From: a virus
Virus record (IMG/VR): IMGVR_UViG_3300028802_000008
Span: 1-64,000 of that record
Length of the DNA: 64,000 nt
Reading direction: 5' to 3' (one strand)
The notes under the pieces: generated by a model
The model's database searches: none
What the model was told of the DNA's origin: nothing
Seen by the model: the letters and a program-made list of their open reading frames with translations, nothing else
Position numbers and translations under genes: made by a program
Shown here: positions 16,623 to 26,059 of the stretch, piece by piece
Position numbering within the stretch: position 1 is the stretch's first letter
Layout of the letters: the number at the start of each line of letters is the position of its first letter

Positions 16623-16876
16623 GTCAAGCCAGGCCGTCCGTAACGCTCCCGGCCCACACTTTCTTCTACACGACGGATCAGGTCGCACTGATTCTGAACG
16701 TGGAAGAGGCGTGGGTCCGGGAGCGTTGCTACCTCGTAGGCAGAATGCCCGACACCCATGTTCGGAGCAAGTTGCAAGTCGTCAATCTCGCGGAGCCGAA
16801 TGAACGGCCTCGATGGAGGATCAGTGATCGCGAACTCACTCGCTGGCTGATCCGGAAAGGGTACCAAGTCTCATGA
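16619..16876 (+). CDS. Excisionase/MerR-like HTH protein
   Basis: YTTDQVALILNV...WRISDREL. Confidence 0.7.
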   Translation: MSQARPSVTLPAHTFFYTTDQVALILNVEEAWVRERCYLVGRMPDTHVRSKLQVVNLAEPNERPRWRISDRELTRWLIRKGYQVS

Positions 16877-17487
16877 ATGAGACGACCCGTTTACTGAAGT
16901 TCAATTCAGAGATGTTGTTGTGGTTCGACCTGGAGACCACCGGGTTGGACGAGAAGACCGAGGTCATCCTGGAAGTGGGGTGGGGGATCACCGGGTTCGA
17001 CCTGGAGTGGATTCTTGAACCCATCAGTTACTTGGTCGACGCGAACATCATTTTTCAACCCACCAGGGTCGAAGTAAAAGGACTGGGGAAAGCTCACGAT
17101 GTCGATCCCTACGTCTACAAGATGCACCAGCAATCTGGACTGTGGCAAGACCTGATGGACAAGAAACGTCTGTCATTGTCAGAAGTCGAGCGCACCATCC
17201 TCTCGGTGCTGAACATCAACTCCAAAGCCAAGATCACGATGGCCGGTGCGGGAGTCGCCCAGTACGACATGCGGTGGATCAAGTACCACATGCCTGATCT
17301 GCACGCACGCTTGACCTACTACACGATCGACACCGGCATCCACGAACGTGTGGAGAGCCTGGTGAGGCGTCGCGAGATCCGAGGGCCGAGTTCAACCGCC
17401 AAGCATCGCTCCGTGGACGACATTCTTCAGAGCCACGAACGACTTATCCGCTACCGAACTGAAGTCCTGACCGGTGTGGCACGGTGA
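16873..17487 (+). CDS. orn: Oligoribonuclease-like DEDDh exonuclease
   Basis: LWFDLETTGLD, ILEV, MHQQSGLW and HRSVDDI. Confidence 0.8.
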   Translation: MNETTRLLKFNSEMLLWFDLETTGLDEKTEVILEVGWGITGFDLEWILEPISYLVDANIIFQPTRVEVKGLGKAHDVDPYVYKMHQQSGLWQDLMDKKRLSLSEVERTILSVLNINSKAKITMAGAGVAQYDMRWIKYHMPDLHARLTYYTIDTGIHERVESLVRRREIRGPSSTAKHRSVDDILQSHERLIRYRTEVLTGVAR

Positions 17488-17578
17488 GTGTTGGTGACAC
17501 CATCAAGATTGCTCTCGTCATCGCCACCACCTTCGCTGTGATCTGTTGGATCGTGATCGACTACATCAAGGATGAAGA

Positions 17579-17743
17579 ATGAGCAAGCGCATCAAGGTCA
17601 CCGGGTACATCAGTCTCTCCGTTCTGCCCGAGGAATACCAAGACCTCAACCACGAGACTGGGCTGTCCGAGAAGGGATACTTGGACATCGGAGAAGTGGT
17701 TGAGTACATGGAGGACATCATCACTGAGGTAGTCGAAGAGTGA
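17579..17743 (+). CDS. Small acidic protein, 54 aa
   Basis: Overlapping start/stop codons at both ends. Confidence 0.5.
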   Translation: MSKRIKVTGYISLSVLPEEYQDLNHETGLSEKGYLDIGEVVEYMEDIITEVVEE

Positions 17744-18120
17744 GAGACCTGCTTTACATCGCTGGGCCTTACAGTCACCCCGATCCGGTCGAGAACACTC
17801 ACCGGGCCTGTCGAGTGGCTACGGCGATCTTTGAGCAGACGTTGTGGGTGCCGATGCTCCCGCACATCACACTGGCTTGGCACTTGGTCACGCCGCGACC
17901 GGTGGAGTTCTGGTATGCACTCGACCTCCACCATCTCGCGGCGTGCAAGGCAATTGTACGACTGCCCGGTGATTCGACGGGCGCGGACGCCGAAATGCAA
18001 TTCGCTGAAGGGCTAGGAATCGAAGAATTTTCCTTCTGGGAATTGCCTCTGAATATCCGAAATCTCTGGTTGCTATCCGAATCAAGAAGCGCTATGGTGG
18101 GACATGAAGACATTCACTAA
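17740..18120 (+). CDS. DUF4406/DUF1937-like protein (nucleoside deoxyribosyltransferase-like fold)
   Basis: LYIAGPYS...LPGDSTGADAE. Confidence 0.7.
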   Translation: MRDLLYIAGPYSHPDPVENTHRACRVATAIFEQTLWVPMLPHITLAWHLVTPRPVEFWYALDLHHLAACKAIVRLPGDSTGADAEMQFAEGLGIEEFSFWELPLNIRNLWLLSESRSAMVGHEDIH

Positions 18121-18237
18121 TGTCGTAGCCATCACTCTGGTGGTCGCGACTGCCATCCTGGTACTGTCGCTAATCGCTTGGACAGTCATCAGCATCTGGT
18201 CGGCTATCCTCTGACCACTACTCGCTCAGGAGGAACA

Positions 18238-18720
18238 ATGAGCACACCGAAACGAACAAACCGCAAGGGCGACTCTCAGGGTCTCCCGCAGGCGACCACC
18301 GGCCCGATCGCACACGATCTGGTGTCGAACGATCTGACGATCCACGCGGTCGGTAGGTACGTCGAAGACATCGATGAGTTGTACGACAGTCTCATGGACG
18401 GGGCCATCCTCGTTCACAGGATTCGTATGCGAGGGTCGAAGCCGGTGGGATACGTCGAAGACATCACCGCTGACATCGATGCTCGCTTGAAGCTGGGGAT
18501 CGAACGCTACGGGCAACCGCTCCAACCGTTCAATGGTCGCGACATGCTGCTGGATGCTTACGAAGAGATCCTGGATGCGCTCGTGTACCTGCGTGCTGCT
18601 CTCTATGAGATCGACCACGAGAAGAATCCGCGGCCTGCGATCTTCGGCGACAAGGTCACCGAGGCGAAGCAGATGGCTGACAACGACGACGCCAAGCCAA
18701 TCAAGCGGGCAGAACCCTGA
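18238..18720 (+). CDS. Hypothetical protein, possible MazG-like all-alpha NTP pyrophosphatase
   Basis: GIERYG...NGRDMLLDAYEEILDALVYL (EExxD); AGGAGG RBS. Confidence 0.55.
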   Translation: MSTPKRTNRKGDSQGLPQATTGPIAHDLVSNDLTIHAVGRYVEDIDELYDSLMDGAILVHRIRMRGSKPVGYVEDITADIDARLKLGIERYGQPLQPFNGRDMLLDAYEEILDALVYLRAALYEIDHEKNPRPAIFGDKVTEAKQMADNDDAKPIKRAEP

Positions 18721-19058
18721 TGCCGTATGGGTTGGCAATTGACCTTGACGCGATCAAATGCGTTGACCTGGGACATCGATGGAGTGAGACCTTCTACGGT
18801 CGGGCACCGGCAGGAAAGCGACGGGGGAACCCGATCCGCTGCTGCGTGTGCGACACCTGTGGGTCCGGGCGCATCGAGTACCTGAAGTGGGACGGCAAAG
18901 TCTTTGACCGTGACTACGACCCAGACGATGCGTACCTCGCGAACGCTCGTCTCCTGGGGCCATTCCGGGACCGACGCACGGTCCTGCGTAAGGCCAAGAA
19001 CGACCGACTGAAGAAGGAAGGGAATCGAGGAATCCTCAATGGCCAAGCAGATGACTGA
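18720..19058 (+). CDS. Zn-binding hypothetical protein
   Basis: C..GHRW and CDTCG. Confidence 0.6.
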   Translation: MPYGLAIDLDAIKCVDLGHRWSETFYGRAPAGKRRGNPIRCCVCDTCGSGRIEYLKWDGKVFDRDYDPDDAYLANARLLGPFRDRRTVLRKAKNDRLKKEGNRGILNGQADD

Positions 19059-19401
19059 CCAAGCAAAAGAGAACATGCAGTTGGGGGCCAAGGCGATGCG
19101 CGCCATCGAGGCGTACCTCGTTTACATCAACCAGTACAAGACCCGTGGTCGCCCTTTGAGCAGTGAATCTCTTGAGAACAAGATCGCTGACGAGGCTCGT
19201 CTCGCTCAGAAGGTGATCCTGATCGCCAAGTTGCATGAGGCGATCCGTCGCGAAGAGTTGGCCCAGGAGGAAGAGGCTCTGAAGAAGGAGTTCGTCAAGT
19301 ACGCTCCCTGGTTCTCGGAGCAGCACGGCGTGACGTATCCGGCATGGCGGGAGATCGGCGTGTCAGCCTTCGTACTTGCAGAAGCAGGGATCAAGCCGTA
19401 A
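19039..19401 (+). CDS. Conserved helical protein resembling an Acidimicrobiia host family
   Basis: AIEAYL...KTRGR...EFVKYA..FSEQHGVTYPAWREIGV..VLAEAGI; family match recalled, not searched. Confidence 0.7.
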   Translation: MAKQMTDQAKENMQLGAKAMRAIEAYLVYINQYKTRGRPLSSESLENKIADEARLAQKVILIAKLHEAIRREELAQEEEALKKEFVKYAPWFSEQHGVTYPAWREIGVSAFVLAEAGIKP

Positions 19402-19649
19402 TGGCCAACTGCGACATCTGCTTGAAGTCCAAGGGATGTTCGCGGCCACTGAATCATGCGGGGCGTTGCAACGACGTTCTAACTTATGTCTGCCTGTGCC
19501 ATGAGCCTGAAATTGAGGTTCTCAAGGTGTGGAGAAGCGTTTGTGGCGATGCACTTCAGTGCAGGAAATGTCACCGTTGCGTGGACCCACAGCATGGTCT
19601 ACAGTTGCCTCTCCCCGCGAGCACCAAATCGAACCTCGCTGGAACTTGA
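19401..19649 (+). CDS. Cys-rich hypothetical protein
   Basis: TAATG coupling; several CxxC motifs. Confidence 0.5.
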   Translation: MANCDICLKSKGCSRPLNHAGRCNDVLTYVCLCHEPEIEVLKVWRSVCGDALQCRKCHRCVDPQHGLQLPLPASTKSNLAGT

Positions 19650-19685
19650 CAGTCGAAACATACACAACAGATAAGGATGCAAGAC

Positions 19686-20561
19686 ATGGCAAAAGCCGAC
19701 GCAATAGACGTGGTGGACGACGACGAGAAAGTGGCGGTTCCCGCCATCCCGGCCAGCGACATCGATGGCCTGGAAGATGTCGATGAGACCGACATCACGA
19801 TTCCGCGACTCACCATCGACCACAAGAATGGTTGGTTCGTGGACTCACAGACCAACGAAACCTTCACCGAGTTCCAGTGCATCATGCTTGGACTGGTGAA
19901 GCAGCGTGTGCTGTGGCCTCCGACTCCCGGCGAAGAGGGTGACGGTCCACTCTGCCGGTCAGTTGACTTCACCACTGGCTCTCCGTATCTCTCTGGATGG
20001 GTGGAGAAGTACAACGGGATCACGGCTCAGAAGCAGTCAGGGTTCACCATCCAGGAGGTCGAGGATGGCAATCTGCCTTGCAACAACTGCGGACTGAAAG
20101 AGTGGGATTCCCATCCCACCGGCACCACGCCGTGGTGCAATGAGCAGTTCGTCTTTCCCATCATCCGCATCACGGATGAGGGCGGCTACATGCCTGCCCT
20201 GCTCACGTTCCAGAAGACTGGACTGAAGCCCTGCAAGTCCTACATCTCGGGTTTCAAGTCCTCACGACGCCCGCTGTACTCGGCCCTGACACTGATCTCG
20301 GCCATCCATCAGCGCAAGGGCACCGTGGAGTACGTCACCCCCAGCTTCACGCGCCTCAGCGACTCGGACCCGACCGAATGGCCGAAGTATTCGGAATCGC
20401 TGCACAACATTCGGGATTTCATCACGACTCCCCGGACGATGGAGGAAGCGGTGACGACCGAGGAAAAGGAAGAGGAAGAGACGACGCCAACGCCCACACC
20501 AACGGCTGCGGCACCGACGGCTCCCGTCATCGATGACGAGGACGAGGACGAACCCTTCTGA
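19686..20561 (+). CDS. Probable ssDNA-binding or recombination protein
   Basis: Acidic tail ending DDEDEDEPF; replication-module context. Confidence 0.6.
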   Translation: MAKADAIDVVDDDEKVAVPAIPASDIDGLEDVDETDITIPRLTIDHKNGWFVDSQTNETFTEFQCIMLGLVKQRVLWPPTPGEEGDGPLCRSVDFTTGSPYLSGWVEKYNGITAQKQSGFTIQEVEDGNLPCNNCGLKEWDSHPTGTTPWCNEQFVFPIIRITDEGGYMPALLTFQKTGLKPCKSYISGFKSSRRPLYSALTLISAIHQRKGTVEYVTPSFTRLSDSDPTEWPKYSESLHNIRDFITTPRTMEEAVTTEEKEEEETTPTPTPTAAAPTAPVIDDEDEDEPF

Positions 20562-20735
20562 CAAGATCACTGTGAGGGAGAGGGGTAGTTTAGTCCCTTG
20601 ATGCTATGGATAAGCACTCTCCCTCGCAGTACAAGGTGACAGGGGGGAGGGGGTCTTCCGAAGACGGGCGGGAACCCTCCCCCTCTCTGTCAATAGCGTT
20701 GGTCCTATCCGGGATCGACTTATCAAGGAGTAACA

Positions 20736-21146
20736 ATGGCAAGTTTAATGGTTCCCTCAGTCGAAGTTCTGAGGAAGATGACCGATCAAGAACTACTCAC
20801 TCTGCGGACTGACATCGCTGCTGATCTCGGACTGATCCAGGGTCAGATCCGATTCAACGATGAGATCAAGGATGAGGAATGGAAGAAGCGCACAGGGATG
20901 GCGGCTCACTACCGCGAACAGGGTCTCCGAACGATCAAGAACATCCTCGCTGAGCGGCACGAATACCATGCCGTCCTGCTGAGTTCGTGGATGAAATGCC
21001 TGACCACCGTGGCTGACGCCGCCGAAGCTGTCATCGAGAAATACGAATACGACGCCGAGGATGAGCCGGAATACGTCACCTTGGAAAAGGCGATCGAGTT
21101 GTATCAGAGCTTCCGGGTGAGCGCAGAGATCACGGCCGACGCATGA
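20736..21146 (+). CDS. Hypothetical protein, 136 aa
   Basis: AAGGAG RBS. Confidence 0.7.
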   Translation: MASLMVPSVEVLRKMTDQELLTLRTDIAADLGLIQGQIRFNDEIKDEEWKKRTGMAAHYREQGLRTIKNILAERHEYHAVLLSSWMKCLTTVADAAEAVIEKYEYDAEDEPEYVTLEKAIELYQSFRVSAEITADA

Positions 21147-21370
21147 AGATTCACGTCACCTTCGACGCTGACGATCTGATCAATCTTCAGTTCACCGGTA
21201 ACACATCAGGAGCAACGGGCCGTCAGTACATGACTCAGGGCAAGGACAGAGAGTCCCGTCCTTCGTTCTACGCCGAAGGCGCAGAACTGCGTCAGATCGC
21301 TGACCACTTCGATCAACTTGCCACCGAGGCGGGGTACCCGCCCCATTGGCGAATCGAGGTCGGATTGTGA
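21143..21370 (+). CDS. Hypothetical protein, 75 aa
   Basis: ATGA overlap. Confidence 0.6.
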   Translation: MKIHVTFDADDLINLQFTGNTSGATGRQYMTQGKDRESRPSFYAEGAELRQIADHFDQLATEAGYPPHWRIEVGL

Positions 21371-21375
21371 GACGT

Positions 21376-21651
21376 ATGAAGTGGCTGATTCCCGCACTGC
21401 TCGTGCTCGCCGCGTGCGGCACGGACGGCGAAGAGTTCAACGATGCCCCCAAGCTGAACAACGTGGACACTGGTGCAGTACGCATCAGCTTCCCCGACGG
21501 GTTCAGCAACGTGGCAGCGAAGTGTTTCGGCACCGACATGGTCTACTCATCCACCAACTCCCCCTCAGGGAGCGGGCGTTCGATGGCCGTGTCGTCCAAT
21601 CACCCGTGGTGCGCCGACGGGATTCTGACCGAGGAAGAGCAGAAGCAATGA
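21376..21651 (+). CDS. Lipoprotein
   Basis: MKWLIPALLVLAAC lipobox. Confidence 0.7.
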   Translation: MKWLIPALLVLAACGTDGEEFNDAPKLNNVDTGAVRISFPDGFSNVAAKCFGTDMVYSSTNSPSGSGRSMAVSSNHPWCADGILTEEEQKQ

Positions 21652-23069
21652 CCGGCGCAACCCGGAAGTCTCTCGTCAAGGTCAAGGACGAGGTTGACTT
21701 CTACCAGCATCAGGTGGACGGCGTTCGTCTGGGCAACCGGATGGCGTCGTTCATCCTGGCTGACGAGATGGGCTTGGGGAAGTCCCTCACTGCGGCCACC
21801 GTGGCGGCGATCGACTTTGAACGTGGGTACGCGCAGCGAGTTCTGATCATCTGTCCGTCGTTCCTCAAGTGGAACTGGGCAGAGGAACTCGATCACATGA
21901 CCCACTTCACTTACACGATCTATCACGGGACTCCAAAAGAAAGAGAGAAGATCCGCGACGATTTCGATTCTGACATCCTTATTACCAACTACGAGCAGAT
22001 CGTCAACGACTTCGACGCTCTGAACGTGATGGGATGGGACATCGTCATCGTGGATGAGGCTCACTTCATCAAGAGTAAATCCTCTAAAAGGTCGAAGGCT
22101 ATCCGGCAACTGAAGCGCGGGCGTATGTTCCTGCTGACCGGCTCGCCGATGCTCAACCGTCCCGATGAACTGTGGGCGCTCTTGAACGCTTGCGACCCCA
22201 ACCGGTTCGCCCGGTACTACCCGTTCGTCAACCGATTCTGTGTGATGGGTGGGTGGCAGTCCAAGCAGATCGTCGGAGCCAAGAACAAGGACGAACTGCG
22301 CGGCCTACTGTCGGAGTACATGGTCCGACGGCTCAAGAAGGATTGCCTGGATCTCCCGGACAAGCAGGTCATCTCCATCATCGTGGAACTGCACCCGGAG
22401 CAGCGGAAGATCTACGACAAGATGGACGCTGAGCTTCGTATCGACATCCCGAACGACCCGGACCCGATGGAGGCTGAGAACATCCTGGTGAAGATGCTTC
22501 GGCTGAAGCAGATATGTGCCACGCCTGCGTCGATCGGACTCCCCGACGACTCGTACAAGTTGGACAAGGCGATGGAGATGATCACCGAGTTCGTCACCGA
22601 TCCCGACGACCACACACCGGTCGTGGTGTTCACACAATTTCGTGCCGTCCAGACGGCTATGGGGTCACGTCTGGACGGCGCTGGCATACCGTACTGGGTG
22701 CTGAACGGCGACACGCCGAAGGACAAACGGATCGAACTGGTGAACGAGTGGGCGGCTCACCCGCAGCCTGGCGTCATCATGATCATGCTCCAGATGGGGG
22801 TGGGGCTCAACCTCACCGCGGCCAACAAGGCGATCTTCATCGATCGTCTGTACGTTCCCAAACTGAATGAGCAGGCCGAGGATCGCATCCACCGCATCGG
22901 GGCCGATCTCACCAAGCCGGTTCAGGTGTTCAACATCATCGCCAAGAACACGGTCGAGGAACGGATTGAGAAGATCCTGGCGGCGAAGCGAAAGCTGTTC
23001 GATTCGGTGGTCGAGGTCGACGCAGACTGGAAGCGTGAACTCATCAAGCAACTGGCGAACGCGTCATGA
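21648..23069 (+). CDS. SNF2-family helicase
   Basis: LADEMGLGKS, DEAH, TGSP, GLNL and QAEDRIHRIG. Confidence 0.93.
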   Translation: MTGATRKSLVKVKDEVDFYQHQVDGVRLGNRMASFILADEMGLGKSLTAATVAAIDFERGYAQRVLIICPSFLKWNWAEELDHMTHFTYTIYHGTPKEREKIRDDFDSDILITNYEQIVNDFDALNVMGWDIVIVDEAHFIKSKSSKRSKAIRQLKRGRMFLLTGSPMLNRPDELWALLNACDPNRFARYYPFVNRFCVMGGWQSKQIVGAKNKDELRGLLSEYMVRRLKKDCLDLPDKQVISIIVELHPEQRKIYDKMDAELRIDIPNDPDPMEAENILVKMLRLKQICATPASIGLPDDSYKLDKAMEMITEFVTDPDDHTPVVVFTQFRAVQTAMGSRLDGAGIPYWVLNGDTPKDKRIELVNEWAAHPQPGVIMIMLQMGVGLNLTAANKAIFIDRLYVPKLNEQAEDRIHRIGADLTKPVQVFNIIAKNTVEERIEKILAAKRKLFDSVVEVDADWKRELIKQLANAS

Positions 23070-23380
23070 GATCGGTCATCCCACCCCCCAGATCAACCAC
23101 GCCTTATCAGAACTACATGAAGGGTGTGCAGTTCGACTGCGTGGACTGCGGCCACCACACCCAGTTGATGGGAGAGTATTACACCCTCGTCAAGTCAGTG
23201 TGGTGGGAAGCCGTCGACAAGCGACCGGACATGCACACCGTCATGCTGTGCATCGGTTGCTTGGAAGAACGTTTGGGTCGCCGGTTGACGCCGGGAGATT
23301 TTGACCCCACCCTCTGGGTGAACCGACGCCCAGAAGAACATTCACTCAGACTCAAAGATCGCCTCAGGAGGGCAAAATGA
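23066..23380 (+). CDS. Zn-binding hypothetical protein
   Basis: CVDC...LCIGCLEERLGRRL. Confidence 0.65.
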   Translation: MRSVIPPPRSTTPYQNYMKGVQFDCVDCGHHTQLMGEYYTLVKSVWWEAVDKRPDMHTVMLCIGCLEERLGRRLTPGDFDPTLWVNRRPEEHSLRLKDRLRRAK

Positions 23381-23583
23381 GAAGGTTCAACCTCAAAGAC
23401 AGCCACGGGAATCTCCACTTCATAGAATCGGAGATCATCGAGTTCGATGAGAACGGATCAGTCACGTTCCTGGAGTCGGACAATTCCGACGCCCTGATCG
23501 CCTGCTTCGCTCCCGGAGCGTGGCACGCGGTCTTCACCATCCCGGATCAACCGGAACCTCTCGCCCCTCCGACCAATGGATGA
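23377..23583 (+). CDS. Hypothetical protein
   Basis: AGGAGG RBS and overlap. Confidence 0.6.
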   Translation: MRRFNLKDSHGNLHFIESEIIEFDENGSVTFLESDNSDALIACFAPGAWHAVFTIPDQPEPLAPPTNG

Positions 23584-23770
23584 GAAGGAACAAGTCGAGA
23601 TGGCACTCTCGGCGCTGACATACATCCGCCAACGGTGGTACGGCCAAGGCCAGGACAAGCCTGGATGGGCGCACCACACCGTTCACATCGACAGCATGAT
23701 CACGGAACTCAAAGTTCTACGCACCCGACTGGAGACCCAATGCTCAACCCCAACAAGTACATTGTCCTGA
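23576..23770 (+). CDS. Hypothetical protein
   Basis: Packed within the operon. Confidence 0.5.
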   Translation: MDEKEQVEMALSALTYIRQRWYGQGQDKPGWAHHTVHIDSMITELKVLRTRLETQCSTPTSTLS

Positions 23771-24045
23771 GGCGCAGCAATCTCAGCCGCAATCTCATCC
23801 AGACGATCGAGGACGAGAACCTTGCCATCGAGGACGCCGTCGTCATCCGCAAACAAGATGTCTTCGCCGAAGCGGGACTGCACGCCTACGCAGCCAATGT
23901 CCTGACCGGGATCGAGATGCTTGCCTTGTTCCCCAACCTGGCTCAGCATATCGACGTGGAGCACCTTCAAGACCTGGCTGACTTCTTCCATGAACAGGCG
24001 GTCTCGTGTTCTCAGGACACGTTCTTTCGTAAACTTCCAGATTGA
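23740..24045 (+). CDS. Hypothetical protein
   Basis: GGAG RBS; VIRKQDVFA...KLPD. Confidence 0.65.
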   Translation: MLNPNKYIVLRRSNLSRNLIQTIEDENLAIEDAVVIRKQDVFAEAGLHAYAANVLTGIEMLALFPNLAQHIDVEHLQDLADFFHEQAVSCSQDTFFRKLPD

Positions 24046-24239
24046 TGAGCGAACCTCCCGAGACCTACACTCTGACCGAGGTAGCCCGACTGTTCCGACA
24101 GGACTATCGGGACATCAAGATACGGGCCGCGAAGGGGGAGTTTGAGTACACCATTGACGAGCGAGGCCATTACCGGTTCACTCGTGAATCCATCCTCCAA
24201 CATCTGGAAGAACTCCAGATCAGGAACAACCGCATTTAG
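24045..24239 (+). CDS. Excisionase-like HTH protein
   Basis: YTLTEVARLF...GHYRFTRESI. Confidence 0.65.
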   Translation: MSEPPETYTLTEVARLFRQDYRDIKIRAAKGEFEYTIDERGHYRFTRESILQHLEELQIRNNRI

Positions 24240-24250
24240 AAAGCTGCTTG

Positions 24251-25357
24251 ATGGCTAATTCCCACATCGCCACCGTCTCGGCCGCACTGCTGCACGAGGC
24301 ACTGAACAGAGCGAACAAGGTTGCCCCCACCAAGGGGAATGCTATGGACCGCGCTGCTGGCATCCAGATCGACTTCCGACTGGACGAGGCCCATATCCGG
24401 GCCACCGATCTCGATGTCACCTTCTACCAGAAGATCCCGGTCGAACAGGTCAGCGAGGAATGCGTCTTGCGTCTGTCGTCGGTGGTGCCACCGTTCGTGG
24501 CATCGCTGTCGATGGACAAGAATCAGGTGATCCGATTCTTCCGGAACGACCAGAAGCGCATCATCATCCAGTACGGCAAGACTCGGACCAAAGCGACCAT
24601 TCCCATGATCGTCGGGGAGTACCCGACGGTGAACTGGTACGACTACGAAGTGATGACCGACGCCAGTGACCTTGGCAGCAAGATCGCATCGGTTGCGTGG
24701 GCCACCGAGAACGACGCATCGGGCGTGCTGTCCGGGATCAAGATCGATGGCAAGTGGCTGGAGGCTCTGTCCTCCAAGAACGCTGCTCGCATCCAGTGCG
24801 AGGTCGAGAGCGACGTGACGGTGATCGCCGTCCTGAAGTCTCTCGTTCCTCTGGTCAAGTCCGGTTCCCGGCTGCGGATGATGACCCAGGAGGGTCGCAT
24901 CATCGTCGCGCTGGATGAGATGACCCAGGTGACATCCACCACGGTGCTGGGGGAGTGGCCGAATCTCGTGGAACGACTGGAACGCTTTGAGTTCCCGAAC
25001 TCGGTGACGATCCGCAAGACACGGTTCGCCGAGGCACTGGGACGCATCCTGAGCTTCGTTCGCAACGACCGACTGCCACGAGCCAAGGTAACCATCACCA
25101 ATGACTCCATCGACGTGGTGCTGTCTGGCACCTTGAATGGTGACGTGCAGGACTCCTGCGCTATCTCCAGCCGGGAAGGGATCGAAGAAGATGTAGAGTT
25201 CACCTTCAACCCGACATGGCTGTTGGAGGCCATCGACACGTTCCCCGGAGCCTCCGTCAAGATCGAATACAACGGAAACCTTCAGCCAATCCGGCTGAGC
25301 GAACCATCCACAAGTTATGAGGCATACGTCATGCCCATGAGAGACATCGATGAGTGA
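24251..25357 (+). CDS. dnaN: DNA polymerase III beta sliding clamp
   Basis: ATDLD near the N-terminus, FNPTWL, C-terminal VMPMR; about 368 aa. Confidence 0.85.
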   Translation: MANSHIATVSAALLHEALNRANKVAPTKGNAMDRAAGIQIDFRLDEAHIRATDLDVTFYQKIPVEQVSEECVLRLSSVVPPFVASLSMDKNQVIRFFRNDQKRIIIQYGKTRTKATIPMIVGEYPTVNWYDYEVMTDASDLGSKIASVAWATENDASGVLSGIKIDGKWLEALSSKNAARIQCEVESDVTVIAVLKSLVPLVKSGSRLRMMTQEGRIIVALDEMTQVTSTTVLGEWPNLVERLERFEFPNSVTIRKTRFAEALGRILSFVRNDRLPRAKVTITNDSIDVVLSGTLNGDVQDSCAISSREGIEEDVEFTFNPTWLLEAIDTFPGASVKIEYNGNLQPIRLSEPSTSYEAYVMPMRDIDE

Positions 25358-25363
25358 GGAACA

Positions 25364-25822
25364 ATGACCAAGAATCCTGGACCTGACAGCCTGTATCCCT
25401 ACGCCGGATCAAGTGGTTGGTCAGGCACCGACACCAGCAAGGCGTCGGCCGACAAAGATGATGCCGAGGGGCGCACCCTTCGCCGTCACCAGATCACGAT
25501 GGGTCACCTGGCCAATGCCGGTCCCCGTGGGGCGACGGTCAAGGAACTGCGTGACACCTACACCGAAGATCATCACGGCCGATGGTCGGCAGCGTTGAGC
25601 CGAGCCCACAAGATGGGGTACATCTGCATGTTGGAAGACAAGCGTGTCGGTTGTCATGTGTACGTCCTGCCCGAGTGGGTGGGCGACCGCGTCACCATCG
25701 CTCCCCGTCCCCGTCGGATGTCCGAAGTAGTTCGCGGAGAGTTGAAGGCTCTGGCCGAGGCTGGTGACCTGGATGGCATCCTAGAGTACTTGGATGATTC
25801 GCTCGTAACCGCCCCGGCATGA
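25364..25822 (+). CDS. Hypothetical protein, possible winged HTH
   Basis: GAGG RBS; PYAGSSGWSGTDTS. Confidence 0.7.
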   Translation: MTKNPGPDSLYPYAGSSGWSGTDTSKASADKDDAEGRTLRRHQITMGHLANAGPRGATVKELRDTYTEDHHGRWSAALSRAHKMGYICMLEDKRVGCHVYVLPEWVGDRVTIAPRPRRMSEVVRGELKALAEAGDLDGILEYLDDSLVTAPA

Positions 25823-26059
25823 GGGACATACTCGCCATCCTCCTTGCTGGTGTCGTGGTTCCCGCCGTCTACTGCTACATGCGGTATCGATTCATGAACA
25901 GTGATCTCTGATGAGGGACCACACCTACAACCCCAGCCGGAAGGTGGACATCACCGAGCCGGTCTTGGAGTACGACGGTGAAGTCATCAGGCCAGCATCC
26001 CATCCCAAGCGCGACCGCTCTCGGAACCGCCAAGCGAAGTTGTCCCGGAAGAGGAACCG

